The notes: generated by a model from the sequence alone, not told the origin. A DNA stretch of 64,000 nt from Porphyridium purpureum (GCA_008690995.1 VRMN01000011.1:62001-126000), one strand, 5' to 3'. Numbered from the stretch's first letter, positions 1-10,768 are shown. Numbers and translations: made by a program.

Positions 1-532
1 GACAGACCTACCAGCACACCAAGACCAACTCTGACCTGCTTGCTGAACTCTATGACGAGCGCGATCTGCAAAATTCGGGCTGTGTTTCGGTATTGATCAG
101 CGTCCACCCGGCCCACAAGGCAACCGAGCCATGTGAACTGGCTGCTTCGCTGACCTCATCGCCGCAACACACGCACCCCCACACCGAATGGACTCGCTCC
201 GAACCCCCCCTCCGCAAGTCGCTCTGCAGTTGGCGTCCGAGTAAAGTACAGTCGATCACTGTACTCAATGCATCCGGTGGTTGAGGTACAGTGCCGACCC
301 GATCAAGTATCCAAAACTGGCACGAGTTCATAAGAAAACGGCATCGGCGCGTGATTTTTGGCGCGCGCGCGAGCGGTTAAACCAAGAAAAGCGAAAACGC
401 AGAAGAGAAAAGGTTAGAACTAGCGCTGAAAGATCAAGAGAAAGCTGCGGGGGTTTGAGGGGAGGGAGAAGAGGAAGAGTGGGTCGCGGTAGAGGAACGG
501 GAGGGGGAGGAGAAGAACGGTGGAGGGAGACG

Positions 533-1180
533 ATGTCAGAGGCGCAGCAGAAGGCGACTAACGTGCATTGGCACGAGGGCGCGATCACGCGCGAGGACCG
601 GCATGCGCTGCTCGGGCAGAAGGGATGCACCGTGTGGCTCACGGGGCTGAGCGGATCGGGCAAGTCGACCATCACCGTCGAGTTGGAGAAGGTGCTCGTC
701 ATGAATAGCCGCGTGTGCTACCGTCTTGACGGCGACAATATCCGCATGGGCCTCAATAAGAATCTGGGCTTTTCTGCGGACGACCGCGTCGAAAACATCC
801 GCAGGATCGGAGAGGTCGCAAAGCTGTTTGGCGATCTGGGCGTGATTACAACCACGGCGTTCATCTCTCCGTACGCCGCAGATCGAGAGATCTGCCGAAA
901 GCTGCACGAGGACGCAAAGATTCCCTTCTTTGAGGTTCTCGTCGACTGCCCCCTCTCGGTGGCAGAAAGCCGCGATCCAAAGGGGCTGTACAAGAAGGCG
1001 CGCGCTGGTCTGATCAAGAACTTCACTGGGATCGACGACCCGTATGAGGCTCCGGCCGAGCCAGATGTTACAGTCGATACGTCCAAGCTGTCGGTGGAGG
1101 AGTGCGTGGGCGAGATCATCTCGTTCTTGCAGAGCCGGGACATTTTGCCAAAGGATATTGATCTCAAGAAGAAGCCCTAA
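533..1180 (+). CDS. cysC: Adenylyl-sulfate (APS) kinase, probably cytosolic
   Basis: NVHWH, P-loop WLTGLSGSGKST, LDGDNIR, DPKGLYKKARAG, FTGIDDPYE. First ATG at 533 follows a purine-rich leader; the ORF-track start at 281 is non-ATG. Confidence 0.95.
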   Translation: MSEAQQKATNVHWHEGAITREDRHALLGQKGCTVWLTGLSGSGKSTITVELEKVLVMNSRVCYRLDGDNIRMGLNKNLGFSADDRVENIRRIGEVAKLFGDLGVITTTAFISPYAADREICRKLHEDAKIPFFEVLVDCPLSVAESRDPKGLYKKARAGLIKNFTGIDDPYEAPAEPDVTVDTSKLSVEECVGEIISFLQSRDILPKDIDLKKKP

Positions 1181-1450
1181 GAGAAAAGGTTGTACCAGAC
1201 CCGAATTTTTGCATGTCGTCGAGCATGTGATGAATCCTTGAATTTGCTCCTTGCTTCTGTCGTAGGATTCGGTACAAGAAGAGCGCGCAGTGCGGGGCTC
1301 GCGCGCTATGCGGCTCGCGTTCGTTGGCTGTATAACGCCAGTGCTCATAGCACATGGAAAAACATTCTGATAGATTTTATTGATCTGTGGTCTTGGTTTC
1401 TCGTCCGCAGTGTATACGAAAAAGAAAATAGGAAAACCCCGCAGTTTTCG

Positions 1451-2557
1451 TCACCCTGTCTGTTTCTTGATCACGCTGCCTTCCTCGGTAGCAATGGGAT
1501 CTGACCATTCTGTCAGTCCCAGCAGCCGCCGTCCGAGGCAGCTCGGTGTGTATCGGTCGCCAAACCAGTCCTGATTGTGCAGCCGCGGGTCCTGTACAGA
1601 AAGGATGGGTTGGAACTCTCTGGGGTCGTCGACTGGGATCATTTTGATATAGAACACCATACGCCACTGATGGCCAGAGTTGGGAAAATTTCCATGTGGC
1701 AACTGGCTGTTCCACACCAACAGCGAGCCAGCTCGCATGGGCACGCGCATCACCCTGCTCCGCATGGGATCATCATCTGGCACTTCAACAAAATTGCGGT
1801 TGTGCACACCGTCTTGCTTCCCGTAAGAGTGCATGTGCTCCTCGCGCCACTTTTCAAATGGCGCACCATGAAAGCGTGGCACACAGTGAAACCCGCCGGA
1901 CTCTTCAGGACAGTCGGTCAGTGTAATGAGCCCTTGGACTCGAAGAGACCCGTACGCGGAGGCCAACTGCTCCTCCGAAAAGTTCTCCGCGCGTGCAAAG
2001 CCGGCCGCCGACGTCGCGTAATGGAACGGGTTGAGGTCCCAGTGCAGCCAGTCCTTTTTCGTCTGCCACTCTATCCGCTCAATCACGCCTGCGTCTTCGC
2101 TCTTCTCCGACAAAGTGGGGCGCATCACGCCGTACCGATCAATCGATGCCCACAGTTTGTGTGTACCGAGGATATTCTTGAATACGTCGTACACTTTGAC
2201 ATTCTCTCTATTTCTCCACGCTTGTGGCTGCTTGTTGACCGGCATGGTTTTGTCGAGCCGGTAAAGCCTCCGCATGTATGGAAAGCGCCCCGCAAAGCCG
2301 CCGTTGCGACAGATCGCCGCAGGCCAGTTCTCATTATTCCATGTGCTCGCGTCGCGTCGGTCAACTTTGCCGTGCGACTCACTTGCCAAATACTCCCATA
2401 CCTCTCCAATCGACGCTTGCCTCTCGCTCTCGTCCAGCACGCCGTCAACGACCACGAAGCCGTCCTCGTTGAACGCACGAGTATACGCTTCGACCGCGGT
2501 ACTGGGGAAAGATTTCCAGTACACAGCGCCTTCGCCGTGGCCGGCACCGCCGCCCAT
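1451..2557 (-). CDS. Phytanoyl-CoA dioxygenase (PhyH)-like Fe(II)/2OG dioxygenase
   Basis: F..DGFVVV, HxD (WLHWD), VQGLITLTD...SGGFHCVP, distal His in LPHGN. ATG at 2557 is in strong context; an in-frame ATG at 2683 is an alternative start. Confidence 0.8.
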   Translation of the reverse strand: MGGGAGHGEGAVYWKSFPSTAVEAYTRAFNEDGFVVVDGVLDESERQASIGEVWEYLASESHGKVDRRDASTWNNENWPAAICRNGGFAGRFPYMRRLYRLDKTMPVNKQPQAWRNRENVKVYDVFKNILGTHKLWASIDRYGVMRPTLSEKSEDAGVIERIEWQTKKDWLHWDLNPFHYATSAAGFARAENFSEEQLASAYGSLRVQGLITLTDCPEESGGFHCVPRFHGAPFEKWREEHMHSYGKQDGVHNRNFVEVPDDDPMRSRVMRVPMRAGSLLVWNSQLPHGNFPNSGHQWRMVFYIKMIPVDDPREFQPILSVQDPRLHNQDWFGDRYTPSCLGRRLLGLTEWSDPIATEEGSVIKKQTG

Positions 2558-2573
2558 GCTTTCAGCGATTTGG

Positions 2574-2939
2574 TCACGCGGGGACGCGCAAATGTGGCGC
2601 AAAGCCCTTGATGCGAAGGCAGGACTGGAACCGATTCCAGCGCGGCCGATCCACCTCGCCCTCTTCCAGCGGATCGCTCTCATATACTTCAGCGTAGCAG
2701 CTTTCTGACAGGCACCTGAGCACACATGGCACGAAGTCCTCGTCAGAAACCACGCCTTCGGCACACGTTTCGCTCTGCTCGCAGCGAGCTTTGCGCACGC
2801 GCATCGCGCGATAGAACGAACCGCCCTTTCTCTTGCTCTTCACGGCCTGCACCAGCGCGCAGCAGCAGAGCAGCAGCGCCGCCAAGACGACCAGGACAAG
2901 CCGCGGCGCGACGCGGCGGCGCGAGTTGTACCTGTGCAT
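2574..2939 (-). CDS. Small secreted Cys-rich protein, DUF4787-like
   Basis: Hydrophobic signal peptide (LVLVVLAALLLCCCALVQA) and CVLRCLSESCYAEVYESDPLEEGEVD..R...F..C pattern. Confidence 0.7.
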   Translation of the reverse strand: MHRYNSRRRVAPRLVLVVLAALLLCCCALVQAVKSKRKGGSFYRAMRVRKARCEQSETCAEGVVSDEDFVPCVLRCLSESCYAEVYESDPLEEGEVDRPRWNRFQSCLRIKGFAPHLRVPA

Positions 2940-2968
2940 GTCCCGCGCCCCGAGTAATCAGGTTGGGA

Positions 2969-3862
2969 ATGGAAGAACAACAGGAAGAGGAGCTCCGGCG
3001 CGAGTGGAACGCTGTCCAAGACCGAATTGCAGCTGCGGTACGAATACCAAACGTTTCCTTTGACAACGACGTCGTTCCCGACCAGCCACGGTTCGAACGC
3101 CTCTGCAAGTGCGTGATGTGCCGTGAAGCATCGAGCCTGCTTCCGCGGTTTGAGAGGCATGTGGTAGACGAAAACCGACAGGTGCTAGAAGCGTGCGTGA
3201 AGGCCATACCGGGCCTACGGTACGTGGCCGGTGTTGACATTTCGGAAACAGTGTGCGTGATGGTGGTGCTCGATCTGCACAATCTCGAGCAAGTGTGTTG
3301 CGTCGAAACGTGGGCATCAGAAGAGGACCTGCAGGTACCGTACGTGCCAGGATACCTGGCGTTCCGTGAGTATCCTATGGTGGCTCGATGCGTGGCGAAA
3401 TTGCAGATGCTCCGTCCTGAGCTCATGAATGAAATGATGCTTATGATCGACGGCAATGGACTGTGGCATCCAAAGGGTGCTGGCCTGGCGTGTCACGTAG
3501 GCGTCCAGTGCGATTTGCCCACCGTGGGCGTAGCCAAAAATCTGTACGAAATCAAAGGGATCACCAAGGCCGCCTTGCAAGAGGCACGCGCAGCGCCACA
3601 TGCGGATACGCCAGCGCACGTTGTGCTGCATGCAGTCGCCAATGATGGGCAGCGCTTGGGAGCCGCAATTTATCCAGTGGGCCCAGCAAAGAACCCGGTC
3701 TTCGCGTCTGCGGGACACCGAGTCTCTTTGGACGTCGCCATACTGGTCACCGTGTGGTGCATGAAGTATCGCGTCCCCGAGCCCACGCGACTAGCGGATC
3801 AAATTGGTCGCGCACTGGTCCGTGCGCGTCAAGCCGATTTGGCAACGACACCTCTTGTGTGA
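2969..3862 (+). CDS. ENDOV: Endonuclease V (inosine-specific)
   Basis: VAGVDIS, PYVPGYLAFRE, IDGNGLWHP, GLACHVG, GVAKN, PVFASAGH, YRVPEPTRLAD. ATG at 2969. Confidence 0.93.
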   Translation: MEEQQEEELRREWNAVQDRIAAAVRIPNVSFDNDVVPDQPRFERLCKCVMCREASSLLPRFERHVVDENRQVLEACVKAIPGLRYVAGVDISETVCVMVVLDLHNLEQVCCVETWASEEDLQVPYVPGYLAFREYPMVARCVAKLQMLRPELMNEMMLMIDGNGLWHPKGAGLACHVGVQCDLPTVGVAKNLYEIKGITKAALQEARAAPHADTPAHVVLHAVANDGQRLGAAIYPVGPAKNPVFASAGHRVSLDVAILVTVWCMKYRVPEPTRLADQIGRALVRARQADLATTPLV

Positions 3863-4034
3863 ACCTGAAGACCGATCGGATTTCGTTTATCGAAACTGGG
3901 TACTTTTCACAGGCGGAGACAGGTGTCAACAATTCATGACACAACCAGGCGTCTCCGAAGCAGTGCAATTCAATCTATTCCTTCTCGGAAAACAGGCGCA
4001 CGCTCACTTACAGATATACACGCGCCGAGGGACT

Positions 4035-4822
4035 TCACTCGACATGATCGATGTCTTCTTGTTCGGGAGCGCTGGACGCAGTCGCCTGCAGAGGGGGCGA
4101 TGCAGGGGTGCGCGTTTGTTGCTGTATCTGCGCCGCGGCCTTCCGCCGTTCGTAATCCATATCGTCTGTTCGCAGCTCAAAGCGACATTGCGGGCAGTTG
4201 TTGTGGCGGGACAGCCACGGCAAAATGCAGTCTGGATCGAAGAGGTGACCGCAGGGTAATTTGAGTGCTTCCGAGCCGACCTGAAAGGCTTCCCGGCACA
4301 CCACGCATTCTGAGCACTTTTCCAGGTCCGCCGGCTTCATCGAAAACCGCGGCAGTGATGCAACGGCGTCCTTGGCCGCGGGCGGAGGGCCGGCCTGATT
4401 AGGATCGTTCTCCATGAGCTGGTTAATGACGGCCTCCAGTCCGCGCTCGTCGCCAAACACATAGTCGCCCGGGTTGCCATGAAGCTGGAACCCGGTCAGC
4501 GCTTGCAGACCACCGGGACCGAAGAACGCCGCAACGGGAAAGGTGAGCCTGTCTGGCCCGTTCACGTGTCCTCTCCTGAACCCGCCACTCTGTGCGCGCG
4601 CTGAGGGTGTCCTAAACGACGTGACCGAGCTCCCAAAATCCTCACCGCCCAGCGCATTGACTGGGCCAACGTCTCTGCTCATCATGAACGGCGGGGGCGT
4701 TTCTTCCATGCCACCCCCAAACAGACTGAGCATGTGGCGCATCATGATTTCATTACTATTCCCGTTTCCAAGAACGCGAAAATCTTGTCGCACTTGCCGC
4801 CGCCGTGGGGGCGCCGTTGATG

Positions 4823-4857
<35 letters not shown>

Positions 4858-5249
4858 GCCTGATTCGAATCTTGATTCTGCGCACGTTCTTCCGGGAGCG
4901 CGCCACTCGCTCCACGCGCGCCAGCTTCAGCGCCGTCCTGCGCGAGGTGCTGATCGCGCGCGCCCAGCACGTCATCGTCCTCCTCCACCAGCATCATGAG
5001 CACGCCATTGTCTGCATCACGCCCAAAATGCAGCCCCGGCGGCGGCACATGGCCAATCCCCCCGCGCGCGCCGCCTGCGCCCGCGTCCTCCGCCGCGCCG
5101 CGCCCGCCTTCCAGCGTCTCAATAAACCCCTGCCCGCACGCGCCGCACTCCAAGTCGCCCAGCTCCGTCTTGCGCAGCGAGCTGTACAAAACGCGCCGCT
5201 CGCACACGTGACAATAGTACTCCTCGCGGTTCGCCTCTGCCTCCTCCAT
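4035..5249 (-). CDS. RING-H2 E3 ubiquitin ligase, RNF115/RNF126-like
   Basis: N-terminal zinc ribbon YYCHVC...CGACGQGFIE, GNPGDY, PPPAAK, RING CVVC...LPCGHLF..CILPWL..HNNCPQCR, polyQ tract. ATG at 5249. Confidence 0.9.
4824..4856. repeat. (CTG)n/(CAG)n microsatellite encoding polyQ
   Basis: About 11 tandem CTG units inside the RING gene. Confidence 0.9.
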
Positions 5250-5674
5250 CCCAACCCCCCAAAACCTCAAGCTCCCAGCACTCTCCTTCCTTCTCCCACA
5301 CACACATACACACACACACACACTCCCTCTCTCTCCCTCTCCTTCCCGCCTCTTATCCAATCTCTCTCCACTTTCTCTCTCACTTTCTCCATTCCATTTC
5401 AACTTCAAACCGCGCACTCTTCCCTCTTCTTCATCTTCATCATCATCATCACACATCATACCACAGACGCCTGCTTTTGTGATGTTCTTTCTACACGCTT
5501 CCACAAGATCCAGTCACACTTTCCTGTCCCATCGTTCCTTCTACACACACACACACACACACATAAACAACACTGAACACCCATCCTGAACCCATCACTG
5601 TACACACCCAAACCTTCCGCTGTACCCACACTTCTGCTTCATGCTGCGATCTCACCGTCACATAGACCGAGCTG

Positions 5675-5751
5675 AACCGATACGGAACCGATACGGAACC
5701 GATAAGGAACCGATACGTAACCGATACGTAACCGATACGTAACCGATAAGG
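5675..5751. repeat. 11-bp tandem array, 7 x AACCGATA(C/A)G(G/T)
   Basis: Units start at 5675, 5686, 5697, 5708, 5719, 5730 and 5741, upstream of the RING gene. Confidence 0.95.
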
Positions 5752-6067
5752 ATTCGGGCATGAGAAGGTGAGTGCGAGGGAAGCCGGCACAGAGGGACGA
5801 GAGGACGCGGGATGCAGTAGCGCCACAAGTGGCGCACGTGAGCGTTGCAAGGCAGGAGTCCCTGCTTGTGTTGCGCTAGGGATTGAAAGGGTACCTGAGG
5901 GTTTTGGCGGTTGGTCACATGGGGTGATTAGCAGCAGCGGAACTCGCACGCCGCTTTAGGTATGGTGACAAGACTGCAGTGGGTACTAGAGCAACACTGC
6001 CACGCGCTTCACCGGCTTTCTCATCAGTGTTTGATCTCTTTTTTAATCATAGAAAAAGTGGTGCCGA

Positions 6068-9000
6068 CTAACGACGGACCGGTTGAATTGGCTTGCGGTG
6101 GTGCGACGTGCGCGGTTTGGCACCGGGCGCGGTTCGCGCTTCGTGCATGTTCAGGAGCTCCGTGATATCGCTGAGCGCGCGGTGAGCCGCGTCCACGTAC
6201 ATCACGTGGCTCTGTTCGAATTGCCGAAGCGTGCGCACAATCTCGTGCTCGCTGCCCAGCTTTTCTGCCGCACAGCTCACGCGGTTCAGCACCAGCGTTG
6301 CGGCTCCATGCGACACCGCAGCATGCACAGTCTTGGCGCGAGGCTCTACGGGGCTCGCGGTACCGTGAGAACGTAGCGCCTTGGTTTGCCCAGATACGCG
6401 CTCGCATTCTTCGTCCTTCGGGGCTTCCTCTTTCAGTGATAGATCGTTCCGCCCCTGCTCGAAGCTTGCCTCGGGCGCCAGAGGTCGCTGCTTTTCGCTC
6501 GCAACCGAAGCGCTCTGTTCGTGCTGCTCGTCGAAAAGTCTCTTCGAGCCACGGACTTGTTCGCGCAGCTTTTGGCATTCAGTCTCCAGAGCGCGCATTT
6601 CCGCACAGACGCTCTCCACCTTGTCTGAGAGATTGCGCTTGGTCTCAGCCAGCCGTAATTCAAGCGCTTGCATATCGCTCTTGCTCGTGTACAGCTCCCT
6701 CTCTCGTGCCGCCACCTCATCCGTCTTTGCTTTCAGCTCGTCGCGGCACAATGCCAACTGCTCGCTGGTTTGCTCGCTTTCGGTCTGGTGACTGCAGAGC
6801 AAGTCAACTTCCGATTGGAGCGCCTCAATTCGCTCCGTGTCGGATGAGATTTTCGCACGGCTTTCGAGGAATTCTGTATTTAGCTCATCACATCGCGCTT
6901 TTGTTTCGTGCAAGCTCGCGCTCAAAGTCTTGCAGCGATTGGCCAAGTCATCCCTGTCCTGGGTCACCTCCAACAGCAACTGCTCAAGCTTCTTCTTTGT
7001 TTCGTCGGTATGCTTCAAGTGAGTGTCCAGTTCCTCAATCTCTGCTTCAAGTGATGTTATGCGCTCGTTCTCTGAAGACTCCCGCGCGGTGCACTCACGG
7101 CACTTGGCATTTTCCTCGGTATCTTGCTCCTCGTTGGCGTGGAGCGCTGCTCTCAGTGCCTCGCACTGTTCGACAGCCTCATCTCGGTCGGTTATCAACT
7201 GATCCATCAGCTGCCTAAGCTGCTCGTTCTCTTCAAAGCTCTGATTCAATCTTTCGTCCATGCCTTCAAAATTGAGCTCAAGCGTAGCAATCTGTTTCAA
7301 GGCCAAGGACTCTCGTTCATGACTCTCTGCACACTGTGCTGATATTTCAGCAGACTCTTCTTCCTTGGTATGCAAAGCCGCGCTCAAAGATTCGCAGCGA
7401 CCTTCAGCGTCATCTCGTTCGTTTGTCATTGCGTAGAGCTGTTCTTTCAGGTGCTCGTTCACATCGAGACTTTCCTTCAAATGTTCGCGCAGATTCTCGA
7501 TTTCCAGCTCCAGCCATGACATGCGCTCATTCATGGAAGACTCTTGTGAACAAACCCCGCTATAGTTGGCAGACATCTCGGCATACTGCTCCTCGTTCTC
7601 TCTTAAACGTATGCTCAGAGCCTCGCACCGAGCCAGCGCTCCGTCTCTGTCATCCGTTACCTGAGACAGCAGTTGTTTCAGGTCCTCATTCGCTCCGTCA
7701 CTTTGTCTGAGCCTTTCTCTCTGGTTTTCAATTTCAATTTCGAGTGACTTCATGACCGCACCCTCGGATGACAAGCGCAGTGTGCGCTCCTCACTGAAAG
7801 TATCGCGTTCGGCCTTGAGCTCCTCTACTTCCGCCTCGAGCAACATGACTTGCTCGGCATGATTTGAAAGAAGCTCCTCCATGCGAGCACGCTCCAGATC
7901 GCCCAGCTGTTCATGCTGCTGCAATCTCATTGAAAGGTCCTCTACATTGTCGAGCGCTCCCTCATACCGTGGCACTAAATCACGAAGCTGCTCTTCCAAG
8001 CCTTCCTTGAGTGCACGCAATCGATGGACTTCATGTGATTCTTGCTCGATCTGGTCGAGGTGCTCCATTTCACGCTGCCTGCACAGGCCGAGCTCGTCCG
8101 TAAGAATGTCATATCGATCCTGCAGTGCTTGAATATCCGCCAGGAAGCTTGCGTCCTTGTGCTGAGACGCTCTTCGTACCTCAGCAAGGTCAGTCTCTAA
8201 CGTTTCTGCAAACGTCTTCACCTGCAGGAGCTCATTCTCGCTAGTGATCACCTTGGTCTCAGTTTCATCCATTTGGGCTCGAAGCTTGTTTAGGTTCATC
8301 TGGGCTGTTTCATACTTTGGAAGAAGCTCCTGAAGTTGGTCCTCCAATTCATCTTTCCTCGCCGACAACTCTTCCATTTTTCTCTTCTCTTCTGCAATCT
8401 GTTCCAGCTGCTCGGCTTCACGCTGCTGTAGCTGGGTGAGTTGCTCTTCAAGATTTATACACTGAACACGCAACTCTTCCATTTCAGAATGTGTGACGGC
8501 TTCCTTCTGCGCATACGCCAGCTGTGTCTCAGCGAGTGTTTCCTCAAGACTTTGTGCGAACGACCGGATCTGGTGCAGTTCACTTTCGGCTGCTGCCACC
8601 TTGTCCTCAAGTTCCTCACGGCATGCCTTTACGTGCTCAAGTTGCTTGAACATGTTCATTCGGCTGCAGTCCATCACGCGCGCCTGTGCCTCGCTTCGCT
8701 CGTATTCGCGCATGTGGTTTTCAACATCCCGCGCCTGCTTTTGCATCGCTGCACGCAAAGCCGCCTGCCCAGCTGCCCACACCTCTTCTTGCTGTTTAAG
8801 ATCCAAAGTCAGCTGCTCGACTTTTGCGTCAGTGACGCTCAAGGTCTTCTCGAGCTCGTCCTTTTCGCGCAGAGTCAGCTCCAGTCGAACCCTGTATTCT
8901 TCACGTGTTCTCTCAGCCTGCTCTATACGGAAATTTAACTGCTCGTCAATACTGTGCGCTGAATATAGGCGCTGAGTCAGTTGTTCGTTCTGGCTCTCAG

Positions 9001-9616
9001 CCTGCTGCAAGCGAAATTTTAACTGCTCATTTTCGCCGTTCACATGGTCGAATGCCAAGCGCATCTCTTCGTTTCGGCACTCTGCCAGCTCCATATCTGA
9101 CTTCAGCTGTTCCTTTTCTGCCTCCAGTGCAGTCGAAATCTCGTTCCTCGACGAAAGCAGCAAGTTGTGTGCCTCCTCCAGCGCGTCTCGTTCTGCTTTC
9201 ACTGAATCGGCCTCTTCGAGAAGTGCGCCGATGCGTTTAAGCTCGGCTTTCAATACCCTGTTCTTCTCAGCGGCTTCCTGGTTCTCTGCCAAGGTCTGTA
9301 AGTACGCTGTGCGGGTGCGATGAAGCAGGCTTTTCGTTTCGGCGATGGTCTTATCCTTCTCCTTGATTGCCAGCGTCATTGCGGACAGGCGATTGCTGTC
9401 CAAGCGACCGGCTTCTTCCTGCACACGGAGGTTTTCCTCCTCACGCAGTCGGCGCGCTTCCTCGGCTTGAGAGGCGTGGTATATGCGCAAGCCTGCTTCA
9501 ATGGCTAGATTGCCGTTCAACGACTTGGACTTGCCGGGCACTACACGCGGTGGCGCGTTCTCGGCGTTCATGGCACTGGTTGAATCACCCAGCACTGCCA
9601 CTTCGCCAAGACCCAT
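6068..9616 (-). CDS. Large coiled-coil protein with internal 77-aa and 116-aa repeats
   Basis: About 1180-aa open frame rich in E/L/Q/R with heptad character. First ATG at 9616; no globular domain recognised. Confidence 0.85.
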   Translation of the reverse strand: MGLGEVAVLGDSTSAMNAENAPPRVVPGKSKSLNGNLAIEAGLRIYHASQAEEARRLREEENLRVQEEAGRLDSNRLSAMTLAIKEKDKTIAETKSLLHRTRTAYLQTLAENQEAAEKNRVLKAELKRIGALLEEADSVKAERDALEEAHNLLLSSRNEISTALEAEKEQLKSDMELAECRNEEMRLAFDHVNGENEQLKFRLQQAESQNEQLTQRLYSAHSIDEQLNFRIEQAERTREEYRVRLELTLREKDELEKTLSVTDAKVEQLTLDLKQQEEVWAAGQAALRAAMQKQARDVENHMREYERSEAQARVMDCSRMNMFKQLEHVKACREELEDKVAAAESELHQIRSFAQSLEETLAETQLAYAQKEAVTHSEMEELRVQCINLEEQLTQLQQREAEQLEQIAEEKRKMEELSARKDELEDQLQELLPKYETAQMNLNKLRAQMDETETKVITSENELLQVKTFAETLETDLAEVRRASQHKDASFLADIQALQDRYDILTDELGLCRQREMEHLDQIEQESHEVHRLRALKEGLEEQLRDLVPRYEGALDNVEDLSMRLQQHEQLGDLERARMEELLSNHAEQVMLLEAEVEELKAERDTFSEERTLRLSSEGAVMKSLEIEIENQRERLRQSDGANEDLKQLLSQVTDDRDGALARCEALSIRLRENEEQYAEMSANYSGVCSQESSMNERMSWLELEIENLREHLKESLDVNEHLKEQLYAMTNERDDAEGRCESLSAALHTKEEESAEISAQCAESHERESLALKQIATLELNFEGMDERLNQSFEENEQLRQLMDQLITDRDEAVEQCEALRAALHANEEQDTEENAKCRECTARESSENERITSLEAEIEELDTHLKHTDETKKKLEQLLLEVTQDRDDLANRCKTLSASLHETKARCDELNTEFLESRAKISSDTERIEALQSEVDLLCSHQTESEQTSEQLALCRDELKAKTDEVAARERELYTSKSDMQALELRLAETKRNLSDKVESVCAEMRALETECQKLREQVRGSKRLFDEQHEQSASVASEKQRPLAPEASFEQGRNDLSLKEEAPKDEECERVSGQTKALRSHGTASPVEPRAKTVHAAVSHGAATLVLNRVSCAAEKLGSEHEIVRTLRQFEQSHVMYVDAAHRALSDITELLNMHEARTAPGAKPRTSHHRKPIQPVRR

Positions 9617-10519
9617 GATGGCAGGAAAATCACGCAAACTTTGACTCTGCGTTTGCACTTCTTGATTCCTTCGTTGCCCAGTCTGGCAAGGACAGCCTTC
9701 GTCTGCGTCCTTGTTGAACTTTTTTGTGTACCCAAGTAGCCCAACCTTAGAGCGCTGCGCCTGCTTTCCAATATGACAAGAGACTCACCAAGAGCGCCTC
9801 GAGCATTTGTGAGACACTCTCCAGCGGTAGACACACACCAGTCGCGCTGCGCGGATATGGCACTCACTCCTATACTCCCGTATGTCCGCTTCACACACCG
9901 GCTGCAATTTTCATTGCAAACCTTCAAAAGGGCAGATCGAAGCGAACGAAATTCAAATTTTCAAACACGCGATTCGCAAGCGAGGTACACTAGAAGTACG
10001 GTTAGGTTCGTTCACCCTGTACCGTTTCGGAACGAAAGCACAAAGGAGGCACAGCACTTATGTGGCGAGCCGCAGCAGAAGGATGAAGAAGCGGGCAAAA
10101 TCGGGAAATTCACTCCGGTTCGCTGATCTCTACATTTTCACCACTGCTAGTCGTGCGCGTGTAAACAAGCGCCATGTTTGTGAATCGAGATTTTCTTCAA
10201 GATCACGTACTTTACGCGGTAAATCAATCAATCAGTTCCACGGCTTGTGGGACCTGAGTCTTCGTTTCGCCAGAAAAGTCTAGAGCGATACGCAGATTTC
10301 CCATCGAATGTAGCGAGAGTGCGGTCTGCAGCGCTGCGTAGTTATGGCGAGAAGCAAGTCCTTTGTGGAACGTCGCGGCTATAACTAGAGACTCGGAGGC
10401 GTCGAGGTGCAGGAAGGCATGGCAAAGGCAAGACACAAAGCAGAAAGCAGGCTCAATCGTACCAGAATCGCACGTGCATTCACTTGGTCGTGACTACAGA
10501 AGCAGACATTGGCGGAAAG

Positions 10520-10768
10520 ATGAGTCTCACTGGTCAGCTGACGCACGAGCTTGTGAAGCAGATGATTGATGAGTCTGGCATTGGTAAGCCGCATTGTTGG
10601 AAGTGCAGAGAGCCTGTGTGGTACATGCCCACGAGCAGCTGGGGTGTTGCATGTATGGACTGCTCACGCTTCTTGCATACTGTGTGCTACGTGAAATTCA
10701 GTCCGTCCTGTGGGAAGGGCCGATGCTGCTTTCGCACTTACAAGAATATCCCCGCGCTCGGCACCTAA
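10520..10768 (+). CDS. Small Cys/His zinc-finger protein (C1/PHD-like)
   Basis: CWKC...CMDC...HTVC...C spacing; ATG in aagATG context; 82 aa. Confidence 0.5.
   Translation: MSLTGQLTHELVKQMIDESGIGKPHCWKCREPVWYMPTSSWGVACMDCSRFLHTVCYVKFSPSCGKGRCCFRTYKNIPALGT

Noticed and set aside
281..532. ORF-track N-terminal extensions of APS kinase (similarly RING, NOP56, EndoV, UNC-50, ClpB)
   Set aside because: They start at non-ATG codons and mostly translate purine-rich 5' leaders into low-complexity sequence; starts were reset to ATG.
5675..5751. CRISPR-like array
   Set aside because: Units are contiguous 11-mers with no spacers, there are no cas genes, and the context is eukaryotic.
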